From Cyanobacteriota bacterium (GTDB lineage Bacteria > Cyanobacteriota > Cyanobacteriia > Cyanobacteriales > Nostocaceae), in assembly GCA_046045965.1 (NCBI GenBank), contig JBJOKS010000028.1, positions 1 through 63,325 on the forward strand: DNA of 63,325 nucleotides, in the 5' to 3' direction. Shown here in pieces: positions 31,001 to 41,146 of the stretch. Position numbers and translations under genes: made by a program. Within the stretch, counting starts at the first letter, position 1; each line of letters starts with the position of its first letter. Below the pieces are notes generated by a model that was not told the DNA's origin, searched no databases, and saw nothing but the letters and a program-made list of their open reading frames with translations.

Positions 31001-32024
31001 TAGCGCACAAGTGATCACGAATACTTCTAGTCAGTTTAGTGCAGCCCAAGCAGGAAATATTATTGTCAAAGTCAGAGATAATATTACTTTAGATGGCAAA
31101 AGTGGACTATTTGCTAATACAGGAGCAGGAGCAAGAGGTGATAGTGGTAGTATTGATATCAACTCCCAAAGCTTAATTATTAAAAACGCTTCAGGTATAG
31201 GAGTAAATAATCAAGGAACTGGTAGAGGTGGCAATATTTCACTACAAGCTGGGTTACTTATTTTAGATGAAAAAGCTTTTATCAGTGCTGCAACTACTAG
31301 TAACCAAGGTGGAAATATAAATCTGAATATTCAAGATTTATTATTGTTGCAAAATAACAGCCGGATAACTGCTAGTGCTGGTACAGATGGTGCAGAAGGA
31401 GATGGAGGAAATATCAATATTAATACTCCCTTTATTGTTGCTTTTCCCCAAGAAAATAGTGATATTACTGCTAACGCTTCTCAAGGAAATGGCGGTAACA
31501 TAAACATTACAACTAATGCTATTTTTGGATTAGAAGAACAAGCTCAAGAAACTCAAAGAAGCGATATTACTGCATCTTCTGAATTTGGTTTAGCTGGACA
31601 AGTGCAAATTAATACTCCCGATGTAGATCCCACTTCTGGTTTAATAGAATTACCTGGTAATTTAGTCGATGCAGCATCATTAGTAGGGAAAGATATTTGT
31701 TCTGCAGAACAACGTGCTAAAAAGAGTTCTTTTACAATTATTGGTAGAGGTGGTTTACCTGCTGAAACTGATGATTTAATTAGTAATTCACCAGGTATAG
31801 TAGAATGGGTTACTCGTTCAGGTAAAGAAGCAAAAAACTCTGTTGTGATGAAAAACCGAGAAGAAAATAAGCAGGAAGAAAATATTAAAAATCGGGTAAT
31901 TCAGGAAGCACAAGGATGGATAATTACTGCTGATGGTAGAGTTATTCTCACAGCAGAGGTGCCAAATGTTACACCGCAAAATTCGGGTTTAAATCATCCT
32001 GGTTGTCATGCTACTAGGAATTAG
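28095..32024 (+). CDS. Filamentous hemagglutinin / TpsA-like exoprotein
   Basis: Signal peptide; NLFHSF, NILTRVTG and NPNGIIFG TPS motifs; Gly/Asn/Ser beta-helix repeats; C-terminal GRGGLP..EAQGW. Confidence 0.9.
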   Translation: MKKRLNYILRPQWQQQVYQLVITTLLTTGGIFTSINLKVLAQLTPDNTLGTEKSVVNQVNEFKDLIKGGATRGKNLFHSFEKFNVGENRSVYFANPTGIENILTRVTGNHRSEIFGTLGIDGTANLFLINPNGIIFGNHASLDIKGSFTATTVDGIKLGENGLFSATAPATSNLLTVQPGALFINALRNQQAEIKNQGNLTVTQGNNINLFGANVINTGTLTAPRGTIQLTGAENLIVRGNIQTNTLSLNTKNLTVAENNNATIDKTTLESLSGNTNLKFQATNDLTIHPLSNHSLNLADGNGKITFTADADGNGIGNLQMDIADTIQTNGRDISISGASLTLGNIDTSSALGGGNITLTATDGDINTQDLYSFSSSELGTAANGGIIALTASGDISTEDLDSSSSSIFATGGNGGRITLTAGDNISTQSLNSSSASFNGTELNGGVITFTAGGDITIQDFINSFSSSFNGTGGDGGRITFTAEGNISTQNLDSSSSSIFATGGKGGEITFTAGGDIFTQGINSSSSSIFATGGKGGAITLTAGGNIRGMRNELSQAIPVLSSMSINPNGMSGNGGNVTLSAKNNIRDLEILTLSSNSKSGDVQVNGSGDLLVTNTNIITTQQVIFQNRFINNSNNPMLRLAEFFVNVSEVGQSGNVTFTSTGNLTFKDSRINSDTRGNDPAGTITFTSAGDLTFKNSQITSNTISGGKAGNILINAEKFTLTDQSIISASTTSTIGNGQAGDITLNTPTLIVANGAEIFATTTGSGDGGTITINAANSVNLGIGVQDSSPILSVETSGSGKAGNIIINTPHLTISDTAQITATARTTTNTNSGGGGNIILNASKINLAGVVGVFAETQGEAPAGTLQLNPYQNQTDLDITLFPGSIISASTSASGQGGNLMITALKNINISGEGKLAVETRGSGDAGSISITTENLNITNGVEISAATSGSGKGGNIHIYANTFTANNSAQVITNTSSQFSAAQAGNIIVKVRDNITLDGKSGLFANTGAGARGDSGSIDINSQSLIIKNASGIGVNNQGTGRGGNISLQAGLLILDEKAFISAATTSNQGGNINLNIQDLLLLQNNSRITASAGTDGAEGDGGNININTPFIVAFPQENSDITANASQGNGGNINITTNAIFGLEEQAQETQRSDITASSEFGLAGQVQINTPDVDPTSGLIELPGNLVDAASLVGKDICSAEQRAKKSSFTIIGRGGLPAETDDLISNSPGIVEWVTRSGKEAKNSVVMKNREENKQEENIKNRVIQEAQGWIITADGRVILTAEVPNVTPQNSGLNHPGCHATRN
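29150..29735 (+). repeat. ~90-bp (30-aa) internal repeats, 6-7 copies
   Basis: GGxITxTAxGDISTQxLxSSSSSIFATGG recurs. Confidence 0.75.
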
Positions 32025-32084
32025 TCAGGGAATAATGGTTAATGGGTAATAAATTCATTCTTCCCAGTCCCCAGTCCCCAGTCC

Positions 32085-34214
32085 CTATCCATATCCTATT
32101 ACTAATTCCCAACTATTTAATTTACCCACATCTTCAGGTGAATTATCAATAACTTGTAATTGCCAATTTCCCCTAGCGACTAAAGAAAGTAATTGTTGCA
32201 GAACAGGATGCGATCGCACTGTATAAGTTTGTTCTAACTGAGTCTGTCTTCCCAAGGTTCTACTTTGTAATAACACTTGTTGATTATTAGGAGCAATTAA
32301 ATAAACTTCTAAATCTCCTAAAAAATCGTGCCAGATATTAACTGAGACTTGAATATCGGCAATAGTGACATTTTCATTCACAGCGATCGCACTTCTAATT
32401 CCCCTTTTTTCATTATCAGGAATTGCAATTTGGCTTTTATTCTCACCCCTTAGTTGTCTGTTAACACCTGATACCACCATCCGCAATTGTTGCGCTGCAC
32501 GGACAGCTTTAGCAGCATTCACCTTACCATAACCAAACCAAATACAATGACCATTACTATCATAAGTACCACCCCGCAAACCTAATTGCAGATCAGTTTC
32601 AGGATCAACAATTTTATCAGTCGTTTCTTGTAAAATGCGGTTAACTTGTTGAGCCGTTAAATTAGGATTAGCTGATAAAATCAAAGCTGCTACCCCAGCA
32701 ACTACCGGAGTTGCACTAGAAGTACCACCAAAGTTATTAGTAAAATTGCCAGGGTCATAACCAGCTGCTCCCATTTGATCTGTAGTAAACATTCCCAACC
32801 CAGAAAGAGCAGTAGTAATTGTTGGTTGTGTGTAAACAAAACCTGTTTCTTGAAACCACATTCCTGGAGGAGCATTATTACTAGGAGCGCAAACAGAAAT
32901 ATTCGTTCCCCAATTACTATAAGCAGCTTTTTTATTTAAACTCGTAGATGCAGAAACCGTAATTACATCTGGATGAATAGCAAAACCACTTAACCAATTT
33001 GTTTGACCTTGTAAAATATTCTTGGGCCAATTTTGCTCATTTATAGTCCCATTAATAGGGCGGTTAGCATTACCAGCCGCAAACACAATTACACATCCTT
33101 TTCCATTTCTACCCTGGGTAGCAGCACGAGTAATTGCTGCCTTTTGGCGCAAAGATAAAGGGAAATAAACAGCGGAAGCTCCCCAACTACAAGAAATGAC
33201 ACTTGCACTGTTTTCAATAGCCCAATTAAATATATCTTCAATAGATTCATCATCTAAATATCCTGTGGTGCGAATTGGCATTAAAGCACAACCAGGAGCA
33301 ACACCCACAATTCCTTGACCATTTTCTTCAGCAACAGCTATTCCCGCACAAGCAGTACCGTGACTAGTTTCTTTTTCCCCAGGTAAAGGTAAAAAATCAT
33401 TTTCTTTCAAATCTCTAGGAGCGACAATTTTACCCATACCTTGAAAATCTGGGTGATGCAAATCAAAAGAATCATCCACAACTGCAACAACCACAGAACG
33501 CACACCGCGAGTAATATCCCAAGCTTGCTCTACAGAAATATGTGAACCAATCCCCAATTGATTACCGCTATTATGGTGAAGATACCATTGCTGAGGATAG
33601 AGAGAATCGCTAGGTTTATAATGTGGTTCCTGTTGAATAAAAATATTGGGTTCAGCAACTAGAACTTCTGGGAGTCCTTGCAATTGGTTAGTAATTTTGA
33701 GAGGGTTTTCTGTGGCTTGTTTGCTAATGAGAAATATAAATGTATTAGGTAAACCTAGAACTGGTTGATTTTCAATTAAATTAAATGTGGCAGCTATAGT
33801 CTGAATTTTGGCAGCGTCTACCCAAGTCGCAAATTCAATTGTGATTTGATCACTTAAATAAACATAAGTGCCAGGATTATCTTTAAACTTGTAAACATGA
33901 CTAGCAAAGGCTACCTTTTCATCAGCCCTTGCTTGCAACATGGCCGCATCTAACTGGCTAGGTTCAACGGTGAATACTTCTAGTTTTGCTCTGGGAATAT
34001 TGCGCCGCCAAACTCCCCAAGCAATCTGAGATAATTGTTCAGAAGAAAAGTCTGTAGTCGGACGGATGGTAAAGCGGTTCAAAGCTTTTTCTAAAATCAA
34101 TTCTTCTCCACCACGTTGCAAAACCAATCCTTGGCTGCTTGCTGGTACACCTGTGGTTTGAGAATTAGAGGAACTAGGGCGTTGGGGTAGCCCACTGTAG
34201 GTATCGCTCATCAT
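32085..34214 (-). CDS. S8 subtilisin-like serine peptidase with C-terminal proprotein-convertase P domain
   Basis: VAVVDDS, HGTACAG, AAGN and GTSSATP motifs; C-terminal HDFLGDL..GNWQL. Confidence 0.92.
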   Translation of the reverse strand: MMSDTYSGLPQRPSSSNSQTTGVPASSQGLVLQRGGEELILEKALNRFTIRPTTDFSSEQLSQIAWGVWRRNIPRAKLEVFTVEPSQLDAAMLQARADEKVAFASHVYKFKDNPGTYVYLSDQITIEFATWVDAAKIQTIAATFNLIENQPVLGLPNTFIFLISKQATENPLKITNQLQGLPEVLVAEPNIFIQQEPHYKPSDSLYPQQWYLHHNSGNQLGIGSHISVEQAWDITRGVRSVVVAVVDDSFDLHHPDFQGMGKIVAPRDLKENDFLPLPGEKETSHGTACAGIAVAEENGQGIVGVAPGCALMPIRTTGYLDDESIEDIFNWAIENSASVISCSWGASAVYFPLSLRQKAAITRAATQGRNGKGCVIVFAAGNANRPINGTINEQNWPKNILQGQTNWLSGFAIHPDVITVSASTSLNKKAAYSNWGTNISVCAPSNNAPPGMWFQETGFVYTQPTITTALSGLGMFTTDQMGAAGYDPGNFTNNFGGTSSATPVVAGVAALILSANPNLTAQQVNRILQETTDKIVDPETDLQLGLRGGTYDSNGHCIWFGYGKVNAAKAVRAAQQLRMVVSGVNRQLRGENKSQIAIPDNEKRGIRSAIAVNENVTIADIQVSVNIWHDFLGDLEVYLIAPNNQQVLLQSRTLGRQTQLEQTYTVRSHPVLQQLLSLVARGNWQLQVIDNSPEDVGKLNSWELVIGYG

Positions 34215-34381
34215 GAAATATTTTACTGGATATGCAGGGGTATAGGAACTATATTCAACTCATGTCCAGTCTACATCAGAGAAAGTTGTGATTTAGTTTT
34301 GCTGTATCTGAGACACAAACCGAGTTAAGATACCCGAAGTTTCCATAATTTTTTTATAGACTTGTTACACTAATTGACCCC

Positions 34382-34945
34382 ATGAACCTTACTGCTACTT
34401 CTTTATCACTTATAGCAATTCTGAGTCTGCTATCACCTGTGCAGGCTCAGGTCATACAACTACCCGCCTCCAATAACCAAGCACAAGCTATTGATAGTAA
34501 AGAACCCAACATCCTCAGTCCTAACAGCCAAAGCAGCAGTGTGTTGAGCATGGCTGGTGGCGATCGCCTGATGAAAGAGGCAGAACAAGCTGTTTCCGGT
34601 CAAAACTACACCCTAGCTGCTAAAAAACTCCAAGAAGCACGCCAAGTTTACAACCAACTATCTAATTTTTATCAAGAGTTAAATGCTAGTTTTTCAGGCA
34701 TTGATATCAGAGTATCCGATTCTCAACGCAAAAAAGCTCTAGAAACTGCCCAAAAGCGAGACGAAGCAACCTATCAATTAGCCTTGGTACATCGGGCTTT
34801 AAATCAGCCAGAATTAGCAGTACCGTTATTGGTTCAAATTATTAAGAGTCAAAACCCGACACGGGAATTAGGCAAAAAAGCCTATCAACAACTTTTTGAA
34901 TTAGGCTTTGTTGATACAGCCTATCCCCGACAAGGCTCAAAATAG
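34382..34945 (+). CDS. Secreted TPR-like hypothetical protein
   Basis: Signal peptide ending VQA; helical repeat pattern. Confidence 0.75.
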   Translation: MNLTATSLSLIAILSLLSPVQAQVIQLPASNNQAQAIDSKEPNILSPNSQSSSVLSMAGGDRLMKEAEQAVSGQNYTLAAKKLQEARQVYNQLSNFYQELNASFSGIDIRVSDSQRKKALETAQKRDEATYQLALVHRALNQPELAVPLLVQIIKSQNPTRELGKKAYQQLFELGFVDTAYPRQGSK

Positions 34946-35069
34946 GGTATAGGGTGTAGGATGTAGGGCAGCAGGAGAGACAAAATAAAAATAACTATTC
35001 CCTGTTCCCTGTTAAGAGTTCCCTGTTCCCTGATAATAATAGAGAAGTAAGTTTTTTTCAGGAATTGCG

Positions 35070-35300
35070 ATGATAACTCCGCAACAGGTTGAGGAAATGA
35101 TCAAGGCGGAACTGCCAGACGCACAAGTTCAGGTGCAAGACTTGACTGGTGGTGGCGATCACTATCAGGTGACAGTAGTTTCATCGCAGTTTGCAGGTAA
35201 GGGACTGGTACAACAACATCAGTTGGTTTATGGTGCGTTGCAGCAAGCTATGTCAACTGAAGCGATTCATGCTTTGGCGCTCAAAACATCTACTCCCTAA
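35070..35300 (+). CDS. bolA: BolA family protein
   Basis: GGGDHY, FAGK..QQHQLVY, IHALAL. Confidence 0.92.
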   Translation: MITPQQVEEMIKAELPDAQVQVQDLTGGGDHYQVTVVSSQFAGKGLVQQHQLVYGALQQAMSTEAIHALALKTSTP

Positions 35301-35475
35301 GTTTCACAAGCAACAAATTAATTTTCCCAGAAGTCAGGAGGGGCGAACGGCCGTTTGTCCGTGCAGGAGTCAGGAGTCAGAATTGATTTTTCCCCTACAC
35401 CTCTACATCTGATCGAAATCTAAAATTGAATCAACCCTTGAATTTTGAATTTCAGCTATAAGGAAGTAAAAAAAC

Positions 35476-35799
35476 ATGACACCAGAACTTCAAGCAAAAA
35501 TTGATAACTTGGTACAACAGAACAAGATTATGGTTTTCATGAAAGGAAACAAGCTAATGCCTCAATGTGGTTTTTCTAACAACGTTGTGCAAATTCTCAA
35601 TACATTAGGCGTTCCTTTTGAAACCGTTAATGTTCTTGATGACTATGAAATTCGTCAAGGCATCAAAGAATATTCTAACTGGCCAACAATTCCCCAAGTT
35701 TACATTAATGGTGAATTTGTCGGCGGTTCTGATATTTTGATTGAAATGTATCAAAAAGGCGAATTGCAGCAAATGGTGGAAGTAGCACTGGCTTCTTAA
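35476..35799 (+). CDS. grxD: Monothiol glutaredoxin (Grx4)
   Basis: CGFS, WPTIPQ and GGSD motifs. Confidence 0.95.
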   Translation: MTPELQAKIDNLVQQNKIMVFMKGNKLMPQCGFSNNVVQILNTLGVPFETVNVLDDYEIRQGIKEYSNWPTIPQVYINGEFVGGSDILIEMYQKGELQQMVEVALAS

Positions 35800-35825
35800 T
35801 ATCTAACATTTGTGATCTTTTTATG

Positions 35826-35867
35826 GCTTCTAAAAATGGGCAATTCCTTATTTTTAGAGGCTTTTTT
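35826..35867 (+). terminator. Probable intrinsic terminator after grxD
   Basis: GCTTCTAAAAAT...ATTTTTAGAGGC stem followed by a T-run. Confidence 0.5.
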
Positions 35868-36083
35868 AGGGCAAAACTCTGTAAGTAGGGTTTACATATT
35901 GCAGAAATTACAAACAAAAACTCAGCCAAAAGTCCCCTCAGTCGCTTAACACCGAGGGGATGCACTTTTTCAATAAACTATTTACAAATTTCATACCATT
36001 GGATACAGTTGACCAATGCAAAAATTATGCTATGATCATCTGCGGCGATACAGGGTAGTAACCAATTTGCCAGTTGACGATCT

Positions 36084-36338
36084 TTAGTAGTATCCGTGTT
36101 GTCTTTCTGGCTCTGGCTGTACTACAGCAAAGTTTGATCCATCGTACAAGTAGCGGCTTGCTTCTTCCTCCAAGCGATGAATTAGATAAGGCTCAATAGC
36201 GTTGCTTTGTCGCAGTGCGGCTAGATATCCATCCAAATACATCCGCATATCATCCATACGATAGCCGCGATTCCACAACTCGACGAAGGCGTCTGTGAGT
36301 CTTTGGTAAAAACGGATGGTTTGTGTGTCTTGGAGCAT
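36084..36338 (-). CDS. Conserved cyanobacterial small protein (DUF6761-like)
   Basis: MLQD..IRFYQRLTDA..YLDGYLAAL..HRLEEE; divergent from nrrA. Confidence 0.75.
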   Translation of the reverse strand: MLQDTQTIRFYQRLTDAFVELWNRGYRMDDMRMYLDGYLAALRQSNAIEPYLIHRLEEEASRYLYDGSNFAVVQPEPERQHGYY

Positions 36339-36844
36339 AACTGCTGTTTAATCTCTTTGGAATGAGAATTGTATATGATTCACGCTCGAAAGTGAAGTAT
36401 GACTTCCTTCTTAAGTATTAACCCAAAGTTAAGATATTGACGTTGGGTTAGACCCCTCAGCAGCTAAAAACCTAATTACTTAGTTAGATCGTATTCTAGA
36501 AACAGGAGACTAAGATTATTTGGTAATCTATTTTTATGATTTTACCTCTGAGTCTAAATAGGTTGATTTGATTATTCCTGGATAAAGCAAGTAAGTCATT
36601 TAGAAACAAATAACATCAGCTTGCAGCACAAGGATGATACAAGTAGAATGGGTAGCAGCCTATCTCTTTTAAAGATAGTTTACCTATTTTACCATACTCC
36701 ATTAGGAGGATGCTGGAATGAAAAAAAAATTGTTAATTCGCACAAACAAGTCTAACGAATCTGAGATAGCAGAGCCAAAATTAAATTTATTTAAATTTAT
36801 TGCCCGGGTTTCTGGGAGTAAATGTAAAGATAATATCAATTGAA

Positions 36845-36886
36845 GTAACAAAGACTACAAAACCTTGAGCTTGAGCTTGTTAATTT
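36845..36886 (+). promoter_or_regulatory. NtcA-activated promoter of nrrA
   Basis: GTA-ACAAAGAC-TAC at 36845-36858, then exactly 22 nt, then the TAN3T box TAATTT at 36881-36886. Confidence 0.85.
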
Positions 36887-36918
36887 GAAAGTCATCGACG
36901 CTAAGGGGTCTTGCCACT

Positions 36919-37689
36919 GTGGGATCGGTTTGTATTGAAATCGTTGAGGGGAATCCCCATCTGAGGTCGTTGCTGGGATGGCACTTGCAACAACTGGAAT
37001 ACCGAGTGCATCAAGCCGCCAGTATATATCAAGCAAGGGAAGTGTTTTTAAGCCATCAACCAACCCTAGTCATTTTAGATGCGGACTTATCAGATGGTGA
37101 CGGGATCGAGTTTTGCCATTGGTTGCATCGTCAGCAACAGCCTTTAATTCTCATGTTATCTGCTCGCAACAATGAAGCTGATATAGTTGCTGGCTTAAAA
37201 GCAGGAGCAGATGATTATTTAAGCAAGCCTTTTGGGATGCAAGAATTTTTGGCTAGGGCAGAAGCACTAATTCGTCGCAAGCGGACACCTACAGCACCAG
37301 CTTACTTGGATTATGGCACTTTACAGATTGATTTGGTACAGCGCCGAGTCCGGTTTCAAGGGGAGTTTATTGATTTAACACCTCAAGAATTTAGTTTGCT
37401 GTATGTTTTAGCCCAAGCTGGCGGATCACCTTTGAGTAGGTCAGAATTACTGCGTCGTGCTTGGCCGGACGCTATTGATAATCCGCGTACCATTGATACT
37501 CATGTTTTATCACTTCGGAAAAAAGTGGAACTTGATCCGCGTCAACCCAATTTAATCCAAACTATCCGCAATGTCGGATACCGATTTAACATGGAAATTT
37601 TGAACGCCAGTGTTCCACAATCACAAACAAAGTTAGCTAAAGAGAAATTCACCAACCCGCGTTCTACTCTTGCTACTCAAAGCACTTAA
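36919..37689 (+). CDS. nrrA: OmpR-family response regulator NrrA (Rre37-like)
   Basis: IEIVEGNPHLRSLLGWHLQQ N-terminus; wHTH RTIDTHV..IQTIRNVGYRF; canonical NtcA promoter. Confidence 0.82.
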   Translation: MGSVCIEIVEGNPHLRSLLGWHLQQLEYRVHQAASIYQAREVFLSHQPTLVILDADLSDGDGIEFCHWLHRQQQPLILMLSARNNEADIVAGLKAGADDYLSKPFGMQEFLARAEALIRRKRTPTAPAYLDYGTLQIDLVQRRVRFQGEFIDLTPQEFSLLYVLAQAGGSPLSRSELLRRAWPDAIDNPRTIDTHVLSLRKKVELDPRQPNLIQTIRNVGYRFNMEILNASVPQSQTKLAKEKFTNPRSTLATQST

Positions 37690-37776
37690 TGGGGACTGGG
37701 GACGCAGTATCCGCAGGGGAGGAAGAATAAGCTTTTGCCAATTACCAATTACCCATTACCCATTACCCATTACCCA

Positions 37777-38538
37777 TTACCAATCATCTTGATTTTGTGC
37801 TGCTATCAAATTGTTTTTTAAATCCTCCCATTTTATATCAGGGGCTGACAAGTTTGCCAGCACTTGACCTTGCTGGAGATGTAATAAGCGGGTGCTAAAT
37901 TCTTGGGCTAGGTCAAGTTGGTGATTTACCATCAAAATCGCGGTCTTAGGGGCTTGATGAGGGGGTTGAGTTAGTTGGGTGATGATATTCATCAAACGGG
38001 AAGCTTGGCCAGGGTCTAAGGCGGAAATAGGCTCGTCTAGAAGTAAAATTTTGGGTTGGATGACTAAAGCACGAGCGATCGCTACTAATTGTCTCTGTCC
38101 AGCTGAAAGTTGTACTTCAGTGCGTCCTAACCATTGATCAGGAATTTGCAGTTGTTCTCTCCAATAACTGACTTTTTCCTGAATTTGCTGCTGCGGCCAC
38201 TTTCGCAAAACTAAAGGATAAGCTATGGCTTCCCCAACTGTCATCCCCAAAAGTTTAGTTTCTTGGTGTACTAATGTTACTTGTTGACGTAGCTGGATGA
38301 CAGGAATTTGATGATACTCCTGATTTTCTAGATAGATTTTTCCGCTGGTAGGTTCCGTTAAACGGTTGATGAGACGCAACAAGGAAGTTTTACCAGCACC
38401 AGCACTACCGACAATAGTAATGCGATCGCCTGGAAATACCTGAAAAGAAATATCCTGTAATATCGGGTATCCAGGTAAATTACTCTTAGCTTGACTTTTG
38501 AGCTTTGTAAATAAATTAACTTGCTCTAATTTGAGCAT
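37777..38538 (-). CDS. ABC transporter ATP-binding protein
   Basis: GSAGAGKTS, LSAGQ and LLLDEP motifs. Confidence 0.88.
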   Translation of the reverse strand: MLKLEQVNLFTKLKSQAKSNLPGYPILQDISFQVFPGDRITIVGSAGAGKTSLLRLINRLTEPTSGKIYLENQEYHQIPVIQLRQQVTLVHQETKLLGMTVGEAIAYPLVLRKWPQQQIQEKVSYWREQLQIPDQWLGRTEVQLSAGQRQLVAIARALVIQPKILLLDEPISALDPGQASRLMNIITQLTQPPHQAPKTAILMVNHQLDLAQEFSTRLLHLQQGQVLANLSAPDIKWEDLKNNLIAAQNQDDW

Positions 38539-38576
38539 GGGTGAAAGTAAGAAGTTTACCAATTACCAATTACCAA

Positions 38577-39137
38577 TTACCAATTACCAAGAATTGCAGT
38601 ATTAATAGTCCAAGCATCTACCAATAACAATAAAAGAGTACAGCAAAATAAAATCACATACATCCAAGGTTGGGCTAAAGGACGGACATCTGTAGTATCA
38701 ATGCCGGTTTTTGCTTGGACGATATTGATCAAACGGTTAAAACCAGCTACACGCATGGGTAGTAAATAAGCTTTTCCGTCGTGACTGAGAAAATAATACA
38801 CCATACCGCCTTGACCTGTGGTGCGGGGTTTTAAGCTTTTGATGTCTGACCATGATAAAGACCAACCTTTACGAAAAAAGCGCGGAACCCAAACAGGGTA
38901 AGTAACTTTAATTTCTTGGTCATCTATCATTACTCTTTCTGTCAATACTGCGTATAGTCCCACAAAACCAATGCTAATTCCTACCCATAATAATGCGGGT
39001 GGTGTGGGTGCTTTGGTGACATCTGCTAAAAATGGTAAGGGGACTGTCAAGGCTATATATAAAGTTAACAGAGTAATTCTAATCAACGGAGAGAGACGAA
39101 AAATAGATGTTGAAGTATTGGTTAATTTTGCTGTCAC
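38577..39137 (-). CDS. Conserved membrane hypothetical protein
   Basis: Three hydrophobic segments; GTG start. Confidence 0.75.
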   Translation of the reverse strand: MTAKLTNTSTSIFRLSPLIRITLLTLYIALTVPLPFLADVTKAPTPPALLWVGISIGFVGLYAVLTERVMIDDQEIKVTYPVWVPRFFRKGWSLSWSDIKSLKPRTTGQGGMVYYFLSHDGKAYLLPMRVAGFNRLINIVQAKTGIDTTDVRPLAQPWMYVILFCCTLLLLLVDAWTINTAILGNW

Positions 39138-39222
39138 GGTTCAATTTTTATAGTTTTTCTTTCTTATTCTAAACGAAAATAATCAGAACCAAATTACCCA
39201 TTGCCAATTTGATTTTTGATAA

Positions 39223-39396
39223 CTGAATCCTGATCGGGGCGATCGCTATTTAGAAACAGTTTACAATGCCGATTGGTTAGCTGCACAAAATATTCACATT
39301 CTGCAAAATTCATATCTCGTTACAGCTATTTCTCAGCTTTCTCCTGTACCGTTAGATATTATTCATTCTCATATCTGTTTTAATACTATGGGATGA
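39223..39396 (+). pseudogene. 3' remnant of a PLP-dependent cysteine synthase/SbnA-family gene
   Basis: Hand translation LNPDRGDRYLETVYNADWLAAQ...; PDRGxRYLxTVY..W is the family C-terminal motif; no start codon, in-frame stop at 39220. Confidence 0.65.
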
Positions 39397-39501
39397 AACA
39401 ATGAACCGCAGAGGCGCAGGGGGCGCAGAGAGTAAAAATTTACAAGTTTGATTTGTTGCGCTTTTTGTAAAGATGTTTATATGTTTTTGGTTTGACAGAG
39501 A

Positions 39502-40797
39502 ATGAAATTACAAGAATCTCCATCTACAAAAGTGAGTTTAGGGACTTTATGGCGGGAATTTCTGCCTTTATCCCTCAGTGATGTGACTATGGCCTGTGGT
39601 GATCCGATGATGACCACTACTTTAGCTCACCTTCCTGATGCTCAAAATAACCTTGCATCTGTAGGTATTGCCAAATCTTTGGCGATATTTTTTGAAAGTC
39701 CGATTATTATGATTCTGCACGCTTCTAATGCTTTGGCAGGTTCTCAACCTTCACGTAAAGCTTTATGGCGGTTTAATTTATTTTTGGGTGGAGGACTGAC
39801 TTTTTTATTAGGTTTGTTAGGAATACCTGTTATATTTAATTCTGTTGGTGTAAGTTTGTTGGGTGTTCCTCCAGCAATGTTAGCTACAGTCAGTCAAGTA
39901 TTATTAATAGCTTGTGGTTGGCCGTTTGCGATCGCCTGGCGGCGTTATTTTCAAGGTTTATTAATTTACCACGGTCAACCTCGTGCGGTGGCTAAAGCTA
40001 GTATTCTTAGGCTTTTGACGTTGGCTGTAATTCTTGGAATTGGCTTTTTTTTACAAGTATCTGGTGGTATAATTGCGGGATTTGCTCTTATTAGTGGGGT
40101 GATAGTGGAAGCAATAGCTGTAACAATTTTTGCTCGTCAGACTGGAGCAACTATACCACCGGAAATAGAACAACCCAACCTACCTCGCAATTTAGCGCAG
40201 GTGTGGAAATTCTATTTACCTTTAGCTAATACGATGATGGTGGTTTGGGGTGGTAGAACGATTTTAATTAGTATTCTTGCTCGTGCCGAAGATGCTACAA
40301 TTGCCATTGCGGCTTGGTCCGCTGCATGGGGTTTGGTGTTAGTAATTGCCAATTCTACCCGCATGGTACAGCAAATTGTGATTAAATATCGTCATCAAGT
40401 GAGCGATCGCCAATTATTGACTTTTGCTATTAGTGTGGGTGCTGCTTGTTCTGCTTTATTATTGTTTATGAGTTTAACACCCATAGGCGATCGCATTGTG
40501 CAAAGTTTTATCGGTAATGATCTCACCCTTGCTAATAGCATCAAACCCGTAATTTTGATTTGTACCATAGTACCATTATTGGTAGCTTTGCAAAATGCAA
40601 CTCAGGGTTTTTTAGTGAGCGAAAGTCGCACAGGTCATGTTAATCTTTTTACTTGGTTAGGAACAGGAACTTTATTAATAATTGCCAGTTTTGCTATTAA
40701 TAAAGGTCTAAATGGTGCAACAGCAGCCGCAATTGCTATGATTACATCAATGATAGTTGAAGTTAGTTGTTTACTTTGGAAACGAGTGGCAAAATAA
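39502..40797 (+). CDS. MATE/MOP-flippase-like membrane transporter
   Basis: About 12 TM segments in two similar halves (FLPLSL / FYLPLAN). Confidence 0.7.
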   Translation: MKLQESPSTKVSLGTLWREFLPLSLSDVTMACGDPMMTTTLAHLPDAQNNLASVGIAKSLAIFFESPIIMILHASNALAGSQPSRKALWRFNLFLGGGLTFLLGLLGIPVIFNSVGVSLLGVPPAMLATVSQVLLIACGWPFAIAWRRYFQGLLIYHGQPRAVAKASILRLLTLAVILGIGFFLQVSGGIIAGFALISGVIVEAIAVTIFARQTGATIPPEIEQPNLPRNLAQVWKFYLPLANTMMVVWGGRTILISILARAEDATIAIAAWSAAWGLVLVIANSTRMVQQIVIKYRHQVSDRQLLTFAISVGAACSALLLFMSLTPIGDRIVQSFIGNDLTLANSIKPVILICTIVPLLVALQNATQGFLVSESRTGHVNLFTWLGTGTLLIIASFAINKGLNGATAAAIAMITSMIVEVSCLLWKRVAK

Positions 40798-41146
40798 CGG
40801 TAAACTTACTACCTTTATCAACCTGACTTTCTACTGCTATTTTACCTTTATGAGTTTGGACAATAGCTAAAGCAATAGCTAAACCTAAACCAGAACCACC
40901 AGTATTTCGAGAACTATCTGCATGGACTCGATAAAAGCGATCAAAAATCTGAGGAATATCAGCCGCAGGAATACCAATTCCTGTATCTTGGATAGTAATT
41001 ATCCCTTGATGAGTATTAGCTGAAAGATTAATTTTTACTTCCCCACCGACAGAAGTGTATTTAATAGCATTACTCACTAAATTTAGCAACATTCTATAAA
41101 TTTGACTTTCATTACCTTGAATATAAAAACGGTTCTTTGGTACTTG
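40763..41146 (-). pseudogene. C-terminal HATPase remnant of a sensor kinase (RppB/CopS-like)
   Basis: In frame QGNESQIYRMLLNLVSNAIKYT..DTGIGI..FDRFYRV..GSGLGL; stop at 41147-41149; no H-box or sensor domain. Confidence 0.8.

Noticed and set aside
36845..37689. NtcA promoter plus response regulator as a new finding
   Set aside because: Matches the established NtcA-dependent nrrA arrangement; listed as a feature only
40763..41092. Stand-alone functional ATPase gene
   Set aside because: Homology continues upstream of the ATG to a stop codon and there is no H-box; treated as a remnant
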